Part shown: piece by piece, positions 13,621-26,815 of the stretch | Layout of the letters: each line of letters opens with the position of its first letter | Numbering within the stretch: the stretch's first letter is position 1 | NCBI GenBank assembly: GCA_965645245.1 | Contig: OZ287068.1 | Location: forward strand, 2,170,001 to 2,234,000 | Source: Massalongia carnosa | Taxonomy: Eukaryota | Direction of reading: 5' to 3' | Length of the DNA stretch: 64,000 nt | Made by a program: the position numbers and the translations under genes | Notes under the pieces: generated by a model | What the model was told of the DNA's origin: nothing | Database searches by the model: none | The model's input: the letters and a program-made list of their open reading frames with translations, nothing else

Positions 13621-15123
13621 CCTGACACGAATGATCCTGGGCAGCAACTCACTCTCTAGCGGAACGACGTTGCCGCTTACTACAATTTTTATCTCCAAAC
13701 GTTTGACTACTACCTTTACTCCTTCACCCCTAATTCGAAGCAATGTAACGTTCATCTGGTCGGCCAATGTGGTAATTCGAACGAGTTCTGTAATACTGGG
13801 TTTAGAATCGCATCGGGGCTTGGAGGAGCGCCAGGGCAAGGGCAGCAGCAATATAGGATTGGACCATGCGGGGCACCAAATGGAGAGATCAATCGAGGAC
13901 CCAGAGCGCCTGGAGATTCTTCGTAGAATGGCGTTCTGAATCTTTGGTGCATTTTTCATTGGGATAGGACGGCTCAACCCCGTGACTCTTGTAAGAGCCT
14001 CTAAGCCTTCAACAAGATTGATAACGCTAAGTTGGCTTTAAAACCCCAGACAGAAGGAGGGTGCGGTCGGCTAACACCAAATACTTCTGTCATGTAATTT
14101 GCAATATATTCGGCATAGTGGTTGAAAAATAAATGGCAGTGTGCCACTGTAAACCGATGCTCGAGCTAAAGGTAGCCCTATTAAGTTTGGCTGGCAACTC
14201 TCACCTGCATAGTTAATTAAAGCTTGACGGGTGCGTGCGATTTTTACCAAAGATTTTTTCAATATCTTGCTTTGGAGTTTTTTTTAAAATAACCACGCTT
14301 CAGTATAAAATAGAGTATCAAAAGTTTGATATTGAATATCAAACACACTGCTCTTACAAAATCAAAAGATTTAACAGTTTATTAAATAATCTGACGTTGT
14401 TTATCACACTGCAAGTATTGATGTTCGGCCATTTTTGTCACGTACGTGTGTGCCTTAGACGTGCATGAACTCTACGAGTAGAGTTAAGATCCCGCGTCGC
14501 AGCTGACTAACATGGATGCAGTCACGCGTGGCTAAAACAAGTTCCCACATGAAACCGTCAAATGTCCAGAAGGTTTTAGAGATTTTCAAAAAATAACACT
14601 TCAAGATTACTGCTTCAAAACTTTATAAAACTGCTTGATGTTAAAAGAAAAATTATATAAAGCTCAATTTTACATTTGATAGATTTAGTGATTTTATTAT
14701 CTTGCTTAGTTCTTTGGTGTGGGAACTTTTTTTGGCAGTGTGTTCTGGAATAGAAAAGCTGCATAGTTAGTTTATTAACCCGAAAAGGCTTAGCCGAGTA
14801 TGTCAGCAAATAGTTACGTCTGATGTGCGCTGACAGCATTCTTACTTGTGATAAAGAAAGCCGAGGTCCGATGCAACCAATGGACCTTGAGTTGCAGAGT
14901 AATGTGAAAGATTTAATAGTCTTTGATCCATCGCTTTTCCCACCTCAGCCTTCAGAATGCTGACTCTGCCACCTGAAGCGTGCTTGGAGCTGTTTTTTTC
15001 TCTCTTCATAAAGGAAACCTTCTTCCATCAATCGTCAATGTTGCTAGACTCATCTCTCTACAGTTTAGCTCGAGGGATATACCCCATCCGTCAGTTATCA
15101 GGTGCTATTAAGTGATCAAGGCA

Positions 15124-16711
15124 ATGCTCACTCAAGGACGGAAGGTGAAGACCGGCTGTATCACTTGCAAGTAAGGGATTGAACTATTCCCACCACACTT
15201 ATGGTCTGCACCAATGCTAATTTACTCTCTGATGGGGATCTAGGATACGACGTATCAAATGTAACGAGGAAAAGCCATCTTGCCACAGGTGCCAAAGTTC
15301 AGGGCGAAACTGTGACGGCTATTCCACTGAAAGCATTACACGATATCGTCGGAGTACAACTTTTGCGCCGGAGAGTTGCACCGTCTCCACCGCCCCTCGA
15401 AACCTGTTGCCCAATCTCCCTGGTAACGAACGAGAGCGGCAATATGTGGATTTCTTTCGTGGCCGGACCGCAGCAGTATTTGCTGGGTATTATGACACGA
15501 AGCTCTGGAATCAGTTGATACTTCAAGTCTGTCATGCAGAGCCAGCCGTGCATCATGCTGTTGTTGCCGTGGCATCGCTGCATGAATCCCTTGATAACGG
15601 CAGCGAGGACGCGGCGATGAGCCAACAATATGGTTTACAGCATTATACAAAAGCTCTTGCCGGGCTCAACAGATATATCATTACAGCCAATAAATCCATT
15701 GATATTGTTCTGATCTGTTGCGTGCTTTTTATATCGTACGAAAGTCTCCGTGGGAATTGCGAAGCTGCCGCGCATCATCTCCATAGCGGGTTGAGAATAT
15801 TGTCAAATCGCCGGTCTAATTTATCCATCTCACCAGTTGTGGACGACGACCTCGTCCCGTTGTTTACTCGTCTTCATGTTCAATCCCAGTCCATTCTTGA
15901 TACAACGCTCTTGGTGAATGACCTGGAGCCCCAGCCGGTAATAGTGCCGAGAAAATTTCTCAGTCTTGGCGAAGCTCGAGACTGCTTTTATAGCCTGATG
16001 AGCCTGGTCTTTAACTTCGTGGAGGTTGAGGCTTCAAAGCATAAGGCTTGCCAGACTCCAGTTCCGGAGGATGAGTATTCTGCGCTAGCCATGCAAGCTA
16101 CGTATACTTCGCTGCTCGGGCAATGGCAGGTTTCATTCGATGCGTTTCTTACTCGCACGGGCGCGAAAATGTGTAACAGAGAACTTAGCGGAGCCATGCT
16201 CCTAAGGATGCACCACACCTCTGTCCTTGTCGTTCTCCAGAACGCTCATACTCTCAGTCAGTGCTGCTACGACGAATATCTTCCACAGTTTGAAAAAATA
16301 ATCTTATTGGCCAAATCTTTGATCAAGGCTGCTGAGGTCACCAAGCACTCACCTGGGAGACACATGGTATGGATCGACATGGGGATCATTGCCCCTTTGT
16401 TCTTCACCGCCACCAAATGCCGCGATCCCTTGCTACGCCGGGAAGCCGCCCGTCTTATGTCTTCTCCACGCCGCGAGGGCACATGGGACGGAGAAGCCTC
16501 GTGCCACGTGGCGGAGCGTGTTATTGCCATGGAGGAAGAGGGCCTCCCAAAAGTGGAGGTGGCACAGGACATCCTAGAATCTTCCCGTATCTATGAACTC
16601 CGTCCTGAAAACATGGAGTTCGGAGTGCACCGTGTCAGACTCTTGTTCTACACGGACTCAAGCCGGCTTGGAGCTAGGACTATCGTTCAAGAGGAGTATA
16701 TCACGTGGTAA
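15124..16711 (+). CDS. Zn(II)2Cys6 transcription factor with a fungal-specific C-terminal domain; intron 15171-15243
   Basis: Spliced KVKTGCITCK|IRRIKCNEEKPSCHRCQSSGRNCDGY, in frame with the 434-aa ORF (EPAVHHAVVA...KCRDPLLRREA...RREGTWD). Confidence 0.92.
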
Positions 16712-17921
16712 TTCGGCAGGCGTAATGGCGTGGTGGTTGGATTCTGTAGAGATCAAGATAACCCGAGCAGTGTGTCTTTTAGATCGTAGCTACTGTGTAG
16801 TCTTTGCCAACTTTCTGTTTTGGCCTAAGCTTCTTCTATTAACAACTATCGTTCAATCATCGAATATTTTTTCCGTCAAGAAACCCCTCACTTCCTTAGC
16901 AACACAGGCTTTACTCACCCAATCAATATTACTTAGACCCCTTCCATCCAATCCATTTCCCTCTCCCCTTCCGTGAGATCTCGCATCGGCTTCATTTCTC
17001 TATTTTACCAAATCGATTTCCTTGCTTTATTTTACAATTTCCCTTCTTAAAAATTTCTTTCTTCTTCTTACGTTACTTACATACATACAATAATATGCAT
17101 GCATACGCAAGCATTTATTCCTTTTACTTGTCTTTTTTCCTATTCAGCATCTTTATTTTGATTTCTTGCCTATCGGCTTTTCTCGACTTTCTCGAAAATC
17201 TCGATCTTTCAACGCGACAGTTTATATTGAGAAACATGAAAAATGAGATTGAAATTGAAAAGAAGAAGTAGCTAATGAAATAGAAACAATAAAAAAAACG
17301 TATGTGAAAAGAAAAGACAAACGGGAGAAATAAGCGCGAAGAAAGAACAAAATAGCAAAAACCAAATAAATGAAGAATGAAGAAAGTGAAGGCAAGGATG
17401 CATCCAATGAACGAGAAAGAGAAGAAATGGCGAGAAGTGCATACCAGACTTGCTATGTAGCTACCTACCTACCTGGGAACAGGGAAAATCCAGGATCGAG
17501 GGGGCAAAAGTTTGAGCTGGGCGAGAGGAAGGGCCGAAAGGGAACGAGAATAATCAGAAGGTATGAGGTTGGTTTGGCTCTTCTCCATCCATTCATCCAT
17601 CCATTCATTCACAAAGCGTGCAATCGGATCTTTGCACCGAACGAAACCTCAAGGTTGCGCGAGTTATCACTGATCTCAACAACCAGTCAACAAAGCGAGC
17701 AACAAATAAACGAGGTAACCGCGGATTTGACTACCTGCTGCTGGGCCAAGAGGGGGGGGGGTGTAAAGAGGAAAGAATATGGGTGGGCCGTTAAAGTACA
17801 AGTGAGCTCCCCCTTGGGCCCCTTGGGGTTAAGAGGAACGCGGAAATGCTTGGATAGCATGTAAAAAGGTCACCTTCGACGCGGGCTTCTGTTACCCCTT
17901 CGAAAACCAAAAAAAGCTCCT

Positions 17922-18892
17922 CTAATATGCCCAATAATTTCCGTTGCATACCCTGTTCACGCCCAACCCGTAGAGACAGCTCCCTTTCATGTCAATCGGA
18001 CTATAGACCATCCTGCTGAGGGGCGCATTGTACCCCTTGCAATACCATCGCGGCTCCTGACTCTGCCCCGCCGGCAGTGGCAGGTAGGGCTTGCCGAAAC
18101 TGACAAAGTAGGACAGGCATGACGTGCCGCTGGCGGACTGGTAGGCGACGCACTGATCGAGGCAGAAATTCGACACGACAGCCTTCGATAGCCGCACGTT
18201 GAGGTCTTGAATTTCGAACAGCTGGTGCGCGGTGGAGAAGGCCGGGGCGATTTAAAAGTGCGTCGTGGTCAGGGCGAGGACGACGGTGTTGGCGAAGCCG
18301 TGCGGCGACGTGCAGGTTGGAGCTGTGGTTTTAAAGGATCCAGATAAAGGGGTAGATTTCGCGGCAGCGCTGCATACGTAGTTCTTGACAGCTGTGCCTG
18401 CGCCGCCGACGAAGCCGATGAAAAGGTTGTCGATGAGCTGGGCTTCGACCTCCGAGCAGAGCGTGCTGAGATCGGTACCACCGGCATAGTTGCCCGCAAC
18501 TTGGACGGCGTAGAGCGCGGTACTGAGATACGAGACGCCATGCTGGTTACCGGCAACCAGGGTGTCGCGAAACGAGGGAAGTGTGGCTTCGGCTAGGGCG
18601 GCACCGCAGACTCCGCTTCTGACGACCGTTCCGTTGAGGCTGGTGATCTTGGAAAGGGCAGGTGGGTTGATGAGATTTCAGAGTGCGTTTGTATCACCGT
18701 CGTTGGCTATCAGAGCGGCGTATGCAAGGGCAGTAGATAGTTCATCTAACAGAGTCTAGACCGTTGGTTGACAGCCGGTAGTAGCGATACTGTAGGACGG
18801 GGCAGTAATGTGGTCGAGAGCGTGATGGATGGTTGTCCATACGCTTTTCGTGCAAGCAGCACGACAAGTGAGAAGAACACATAGGAAAGCAT
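17922..18892 (-). pseudogene. Pseudogenised secreted Cys-containing protein
   Basis: Signal peptide MLSYVFFSLVVLLARKAYG from 18892, frameshift near 18750, in-frame TGA (NAL*NLIN), then YLSTALYAVQVAGNYAGGTDLSTLCSEVE...AVKNYVCSA and C-terminal CLDQCVAY...RWYCKGY...VNRVCNGNYWAY*. Confidence 0.6.
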
Positions 18893-20249
18893 GTTGAGGC
18901 TATTGACGGGCTAGCTCGATGAAGAAACAGAGTGAGCAGAGAAATGTTTTTAACGAACAAAAATTGATAGCAAAAGAAATTCAGGACGGAGAGCAGATTT
19001 GTAAAAGCAGCGTTATGCTTTTCTTGAAGCGTACAAGTAGGAATCTTTGGATTAAGCACATTCTTCCATCGTTCAACGTCATCATTTCTACAATATAGCT
19101 GCGTCATGAGGTGGAGAACACATAGCGAGCATGAAACAAAATGTCTTTGGTCCAACAACTGCTAGAGAACCATAATGGAATCCAAAGACCAAAAGGATGG
19201 ATATGAGCTGCATGCTTCTGCCATGAACTCTGGCTAGGAGCTGTAAGTCTGCTCCAATGTCTGATCTTTTAACCGCTTCTCACTAACTCTATCTTGCAGG
19301 TCCGAGGTTTGCAAGTGCAAAACCTGGAATCGAGATTAACTGGGGCATTTGATGGTTTTAATGCATTGTAGATCGCTTTCCCGGCTCTGCATCCAGCGGG
19401 TACGCTCGGGTCGAAGTTAAATGGTGAGAGAAGTAGAGAGACATTGGAGAATGGAGTTCTAGAACGAAAGCAACTCAATAACGACTGAGTGATGCAGGAA
19501 GAAGAGGAGGAGGAGCTGGAACAAGTACACTGTATGATACAGTAACTGGCTCTTATCGCCCTCGATCAAGCTCTTCTTTCGCATACCCATCCCATCGAAC
19601 CAACCTACCACCCAACCTACTAATCTTCCCACACCCACCTTCATGTCTTGGTACCTTTCATAACTACGCTTTCGGACATCTCTTCCATATCATCCTCTCT
19701 ATCATCTCTTCACTTCATTTATCCTCTTCTCCCTCGTTTTTGTAGGCATGTAATACTCGCCGATAGAGAGAGCAAAGATAGAGATGTGGATGGGATTCAA
19801 CGAATTAATATTGGAAATAGAAAGGTATGAAGGTTGGAGGTGAGAGGAGTTATGTTCGTTTTTCAACTGAAAATAAACTAACCAGTTTCAGATTTAGCGT
19901 TCTTACCGCTTCCTAGTCACGTTCTAGTTAAATGTCTAGTTCCGAGTGCTCTTCTTCCTTATACGATCTAGTACCTACGCAGGTACCTAGGTACCTATAT
20001 CAACATCACTCAAAATGCTAGAAAATGATGATAGTGTGGAGGTTATAGAATCACCTAAAATATTGGTGTTGCATTGCCTTAGTTACACGTGTACCTCCGT
20101 ACTTACACTCGTTAATGGCTTGACCAGTCATCTCCCACAGATTCACTTATAACCACAAGCAAAACTTGATTCTTCTAGGTAGTTAATTTTATCCAGCCTA
20201 CGCAGATCTAGTTCAGTATGACTGACCACATTGCATCATAGGGCACGAC

Positions 20250-21641
20250 ATGAATGAGGACAACATGTCTACGCAAGAGGCTAATAACGATGGTCTCTCC
20301 TCCCAAGCACCTGGAGGGAGTACACAGCAACCTAAAGTAACCGCTGCAGAAGCAAGTAGGGCAAAGCACCTTTTGGACAAAAAGGCTTGGCGCCTGCAGT
20401 TGAAGAGGACTCAGCAGTATCTCGGACTTGTTCGTCCTATCGGCCTAGCTTTGGAGCCTAGTGGAAGTAACGGGAATACAAATTTTCCAGACCAGGTTCG
20501 ACAGAGTGGGGAAAAGCTTACGATACCCCCAATACCTAGCCAGGCATCATTGAAAAAAGGCCGTGAATCTTATATCGTCTTTACTTCGGTGGATTGTGAA
20601 GCATACGAGTTCCTCCCAGATTGTATCACAGAGATTGGCATTTCTACCCTGGACACTCGGGATCTCGTCGGAGTAGAACCAGGAGTTGGGGGAAGTAATT
20701 GGAATGCTAGAATTCATTCACGCCATTTGCGCATTCTTGAACATAAGAACAAGCGCAATAAGGTACATGTTCAAGGCTGTCCGGACGATTTCTCTTTTGG
20801 TGAGAGCGAGTGGATTTCAGGGAGTAATGCACCATCAGCCTTAAAGGAAAGCTTCAATCCATTAGCGTTCACAGCGGCAAATGACTCGGGTATGGCCCGC
20901 AAAGTTGTCTTCGTCGCACACGATTCAGCAGGGGATGAAGATTATCTTGCAAAACTCGGATTCGATCTATCTCGCGAGGCTATCGATATCATTGACACTA
21001 TCGATGTTGCACGGGCCGTCTTGCGTAATTTCCGACAGTGTTCTCTCAAGAAGTTGTTAAGTCTATATGGAATCGACGCAAAATTTCTGCACAACGCTGG
21101 CAATGACGCACGTTATACCCTTCAACTCCTGGTAGCCATGGCCCTTAAGGACATCCAAAGTAAAAAGACGGCGGAGGAGTGGGAGATGGAAAAAGAACGA
21201 AGAATACAAGTGGAAATTGAGAAAGTGAAAGCGATGGTAGATGCTGAGTATGAGGGTTGGAGCACCGACGAAGATGATGTGGACGTTTCCATCAACGTGC
21301 CCCGAAGCCGTGCGCAACTACTGGCCGGCATTGCTGATAGGAAAAACAAGAAGTGCGCCAAGTTAGGCTTGAATTCTCACCAAAAGCACACCAAACCCCC
21401 GCCTCAGAACCGACCGGTTCGGGAAGGGCGTGTTTATCCTCCAGCGGTAGCGTCCGATAACGTGAGTAACCCAGCAATTGGTAGCGAATTCGCCACTCAC
21501 CAGACTGAAATGCCCTTCATGCAGACTACGAGGTACCCAACAGAGGAACTGGCTCGAGGCCCACGCGAATGGAGGCCTCAACCAAACCATAGCTACAGAC
21601 ATCAACCAGCGGGTAACGAAAGATGGTTTCCACCCGCTTGA
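20250..21641 (+). CDS. QIP/Gfd2-like DEDDh 3'-5' exonuclease
   Basis: Motifs KRTQQYLGL, SVDCEAYE...ITEIGISTLDTRDL, GCPDDFSFGESEW, VAHDSAGD, IIDT and LHNAGNDA. Confidence 0.85.
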   Translation: MNEDNMSTQEANNDGLSSQAPGGSTQQPKVTAAEASRAKHLLDKKAWRLQLKRTQQYLGLVRPIGLALEPSGSNGNTNFPDQVRQSGEKLTIPPIPSQASLKKGRESYIVFTSVDCEAYEFLPDCITEIGISTLDTRDLVGVEPGVGGSNWNARIHSRHLRILEHKNKRNKVHVQGCPDDFSFGESEWISGSNAPSALKESFNPLAFTAANDSGMARKVVFVAHDSAGDEDYLAKLGFDLSREAIDIIDTIDVARAVLRNFRQCSLKKLLSLYGIDAKFLHNAGNDARYTLQLLVAMALKDIQSKKTAEEWEMEKERRIQVEIEKVKAMVDAEYEGWSTDEDDVDVSINVPRSRAQLLAGIADRKNKKCAKLGLNSHQKHTKPPPQNRPVREGRVYPPAVASDNVSNPAIGSEFATHQTEMPFMQTTRYPTEELARGPREWRPQPNHSYRHQPAGNERWFPPA

Positions 21642-22942
21642 GACGGTGTAAAATCTTCGAGTTTGTTCGATGAAGAGTTGTCCAAAAGCCGCCTAGGTGG
21701 TCGAGCCAAGGGCAAAACGAGTTTTTAAGTATTCGTGTCTCGGATTAGTGACTTGTGAGTTGCCCTATTCATGACAGTGGACTGGCATTAACCATTTTTA
21801 CAGCGATGGGATTGGGTTTGTTCTATTAGTGGACGGGGGTTGCGGGTCATAGAGAAGTCAGTACTATGTAGTTAGCATTTTATCTTTGTACTTGTGCCTT
21901 GAGCTAGGCCCATAGTCGTGGCTTTCAACGAGATCACGTAACTGGATTCCATTTGATCATATGAGATTCACTCCGACGACCACGTTACCTCCTCGATAGA
22001 AAAGGATCTACCAAGTAGCCTGTGATTTGACTCTGGCAGCAGTCTTATCTTATGCTCACATATGCATGGACCGACGTTCCAGGCATGCGTGCTAGGCATA
22101 CATCATGACTTGCTGAGGGTCATCTTCTCGTCTTGGTTGACAAATTTGCCCCGCGCATCCGCGTATCGATTACATGATTTATCTGCGAACGTGCGGGTTC
22201 GGCTAAGCTGAGCCGGGCTGGGCTGGGCGGAGCGATCGCACATCGACCCAAAGCACCTAAGCACCTAAGCACCCAAGCATCGAAGTGCGGAACCGGTTGG
22301 ATGCGTGGACCCCCAGGGGTTGATGCCCAAAACTGTATTCACAGCACAAGTAAAAACTCTGGATTCTAGACTTCATTCATGCGCATCGAAATTCAAAAAC
22401 TCTTCCACCAAAGTCGTGGGCTTGACCTGTTAAGACCTGAACTCGATATCAATTGGAGATAACCCTGCATGTATGTAGAGCTAATTCTGCTATCACGCTG
22501 TAGTAACCGAAAGAAAACAGGACGATTTTCGACGGGTATCATGGGTCCTTAACTAGGCTACAATCTACGGAGACATGAGTACGGTTTTACAAGGGCTTGT
22601 TTGCTGACGCTGACCATTGGGACTGCCATCAAATACGGAGCCATATGTCCGCAGTTGCTGTTGCGCTCAGCCCAAGGAAGCGATGCAGCCAGACTCTAAT
22701 TCCCTAAAGGATTCGTTGGGTGGGTTTTGTGCTGCACATCTAGCCGCGGAAATCATCGGATTCTTCCCTAGCGCCCCTTGGTCTCGTTGATACATTCGAA
22801 CAACTGTAGACGCATAAGCTTTTGGCTCCTTCGCGACGAGGTGCAACAATGACACATATAAAGCCAGATCATCCCTCAACCTCGCTTTTCCTCTCCGTCA
22901 CGCTGACCTCGTCTATCGCTGGGATCGTCTACTTAAGAGAAC

Positions 22943-25644
22943 ATGGCTCTTCTGCTATCTTCCCTTGCCCTTCTCATTTCCATAGTTTCGGTATCCGGGT
23001 TCAACTTAACAGCCACGGGTTCGACAGTGTCCTTGAATGGAATCCCTTACTATATCTCCGGCAAGCCCTATGCTTCCGTGCCAAATTTTAATTCCCAGTC
23101 ACTGGCAGGTACCCATAGTGTGCTTGGAGGTTTAGTACCGGTGACTGTGGTGAGTACGGGGTCGGTGACTTTCAATTTGCTGGAGTTGGGGCAGACAGTA
23201 GAGGGCTTTGGAAAGACCGATGATGTTTGGGGAGAGGGATTTTTGTCCGGTATGTACTTTGAATTGCGTCCTCTCCTTCCAAGAACGAGCGTCTTGTATG
23301 ATCTCCATGTCTGGGACTCCTATTTCAGGGATAGGAAAGTCATATTTCCTTGTTCTGCCTACCAAGTTAAGAGATTGTCTTCGTTGTTAGAGATTTTCAT
23401 ATTAATGTACACGCATACTGGATATGCCATCTCCATGTTTCAGTTATGCTCTATTATCTTCTGCTCGTGCTATAAAATTCTCGCTTTGATATCTGGCTGC
23501 CATTTTCCATGTCACGTTATTCAGCGGTTTGGTGCTGGAAAAGCCGCAAGAACTTCCTCATTTCCGCCGCTTTTGTGACATCTACGGAAACTGTAAGTCT
23601 TCATGCAAACATCAGCATCTGACATGCCATAGCTGTTTTTATCCGGTTTACTGGGGTGACAGGTCTAGGCCTAAATTATGTGTTCCCCAAAACCGCCGCT
23701 TTACTTGGCACGACGGAGAAGAGCGTGCTGTCCACGCTGGCATCCACAGGCTCGTCAAAGATTCCGTCAGGTCCTTATTTTATTTCCCAAGATGGAGCTT
23801 TACATCAACCATATCGGCTCTACGGCGACATCTCCGATTCCTTCACTCAACCTTTGATATCAGACAATGCAATTGCCGGTGAATCCTATGCACCTCTTCC
23901 GGCTACATTTCCTGGCATTGACTCCCAGGGCGTCGCGGTACCTTCCCGGTTGTATTATACGAGAACGGCCGAGAAGCCCCTCGCGGGGGTGAGAACCGGA
24001 ATCAAGGACATCTACGACATTGCCGGTCTGCGCACCAGTGATGGCAATCGTGCCTTTTACGGTCTTTACCCTCCCAGAAGCAAGAATGCACTCGTCGTGC
24101 AACGACTTATCGACGCTGGAGCGGTGCTCGTAGGGAAGATGAAAACCAGCCAGTTTGCCAACGGGGAGCTTGCCACGGAGGATTGGGTGGATTATCATTC
24201 ACCGTTCAATCCGCGAGGAGATGGCTATCAGGATCCATCGTCTTCTTCATCCGGTGCCGGCTCTGGCATTGGTAGTTATCCCTGGTTGGATCTGGCCCTA
24301 GGTTCAGACACAGGCGGGAGCATCAGGGGTCCTAGCCAAGTATCAGGGGTCTACGGAAATCGTCCTAGCCATGGTCTGGTTCCGCTTACTGGGGCCATGC
24401 CTTTGGCACCTGAGTTGGATACCCCTGGATTCTTGTGAGTTTACAGATCCTGAAAGTGGTAAAGGCAAAAAAACTCAAGCGTATCGCAGGACTCGCGATC
24501 CTACCATCTGGGCAGCCGCAGCAAAGGTAGTGTATGCAGGATTGCCCTTTTACAATAAATACCCCAAAAAGCTACAGACGATCGGCTTCCCCATTCCTTC
24601 GGTCCCGTCGAAAGATCCAGTGAAGGCGGAATCCGATATTTTGGTGCTGGATTTTTTGGCTAAGCTGCAGAAGTTTCTCGCTACCAACGCCACTGCCTTA
24701 AATTACACCGAGTTATGGGACCGGACGAAGCCTGACCCGAACCTGCCTTCCCTAGCTCACCTTTTGAACACGACATATGCCACCTTCATATCCAAAGAGG
24801 AGACGAAAACGTCCGTGATCCGTTCTACGCGGACTACGCAGCTGCTCATGACGGAAGGCGCCCTTTCATCGATCCGGTACCTTTGGTAAGGCACGCCTTG
24901 GTCTTACGCTCAGTAGCTGAGCTAACAAATAACGTTAGATCCGCTGGGCGTACGGCGACTCCTTGCCGGCATCTGCCCTGGACGATGCGATCAGGAACAA
25001 GACGCTGTTCATGAATTGGTGGAATACCCACATTGTAGCCAACGATCCGGTCACTTGCTCCGATACCCTGATCGTCTATACTTCTGGGGTGAACATCCTG
25101 TACCGCAATGACTACAGAAGGTAACGTATTCACGACCCTTTGCGCTATCTTATGCAACATCTCATCCTCGCCGTTTAGCGTCCCCCAACCCCCTTTTGGC
25201 ACTGGCACCGATCAAATTTCCATTTTTACCGAAATCCCCGATATGGTGGTTCCTAGTAAGCCTATCCCCCTTCTCACCCTTCCTTTCCAGCCGAGCTCCC
25301 TCATGAACCTCTTACAAGTAGACTAACAATGATTTCAGTCGGCCAAGCAGCCTATAACTCCACCATCACCCTCCACTCCGAGCTCCTCCCTGTCTCCGTC
25401 GATCTAATGGGTACGCGTCGTTCTTTTTGCGCCTTTCCTTTCTTGTTGGCCCATGTCTTTCGATCTTTCTTGTCCACCTACAGAAGATATGCTAACTATT
25501 CATCTTACCTATCGTCTAGCCGCCAAAGGCTGCGACGGCATGATCTTCCAGCTCGTCGAGGATTTGTACGCTGCGGGTATCGTCTCGATGCCGAAAGCCG
25601 GCGGCACGACTATGGGTGGAGAGATTCTGATGAAAAGGGAGTAG
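22943..25644 (+). CDS. Secreted amidase-signature (GatA-like) protein, multi-exon, with an apparent 1-nt frameshift at about 24806
   Basis: Signal peptide; [51 protein letters not shown] (K-S-S triad); GT-AG introns such as 23250-23632; C-terminus [10 protein letters not shown]. Confidence 0.85.
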
Positions 25645-25882
25645 GGATTTGGGGGGTGGGGCCCTAGAGGAGGAGAGGGAGGGTTTCTTACATGAATCGT
25701 TGCTGAACTGATGGTAGGGTGGGATTAGGTTTAGGATAGATATATAGCAAGATGAACAGCCGATGTCAAAATTGTCAAATTCCATTTCCCCATTTCTCGT
25801 TTTTCTCTCTTTTTTTTTAAAAAAAACAGGAAAGAATCCCGGCTACCAATCACTACATAACGCTTTTATTGCGGGATATATA

Positions 25883-25911
25883 TAGGTAGGTAGGTAGGTA
25901 GGTAGGTAGGT
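25883..25911. repeat. (TAGG)7 microsatellite
   Basis: Read directly; a degenerate complementary (CCTA)n lies at about 26128-26152. Confidence 0.9.
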
Positions 25912-26815
25912 ATGATTTAGGAAAAGGCAAATCTCAGCAAAATCACGATATACCTAAACCTATCAAGGTATCTGAATTACCTCGATTTATACCACTATTT
26001 TTATTGTTGTTGTTCGTTCTTCTCTTATCTTTTTCCAGACACACAGGCAGCCATATGACCAGGCCCTAGCACTACTAGTTCCATCCTGCTTACCCGAACC
26101 GCTCACCCGTCCGTAGAGCAAAACAACACCTACCTACCTACCTATCTACCTAGACCGTTAGCCAAACAACGGGGGAGGGACGGACGTCAGTCTCTGTACT
26201 CCATTACGCATCGCCTGTATCTATCTAGATAACTAACTAAATACATGCTCCGGTTTACCAAACAGCCATGGGAACCAACCTCTGCACGGATCACCCAACC
26301 CGCGAACCCACCTACGGTAACTAAGTTAGTTAGTTAGCCAATCACGCTCAAAGGGGGGCCAAAGGGAACGGGGCTGGCCGCAAGTTTAACTAGGTTTTAA
26401 GAGGTTCGCTTATTCCGCTTTCAAGGCTTAACGCAACACGACGAGGGCACGGCAACTTGGGGGTTTGAGCTCGTGGTGTCTCTTGGCTCGATTCCGTCAA
26501 CAGCTCCATAGGTAGAACGAACGAATGGTTTGCTGAGGATCAGCGAATATCGTCCTGACGTTTCCTGCATTCAAAGGGTCGCTGACGGCGGGCATGACCC
26601 GTCACGCAAGGCCTTTGCTCTTTTCGAGGCTTGACCCTGGCTATCTAAGCACTCAGTGCAAGGTACCATCGTCCCTGCGACTGGACTTGATGCCTAGTCA
26701 AGACGCGCTATAACTTGCCTTTATATGGAATGGGTGTATAGCAAGCGGTGTTCCTTTCCTTCATAGCTTGCTAATTTTCTCGGATCACTGGACTTGAAGT
26801 CTGCAAAGGTGAACT

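Noticed and set aside
14088..14853. AT-rich solo LTR relic (tgtcacg...tgaca)
   Set aside because: No matching TSD and no second copy in the window; boundaries cannot be supported
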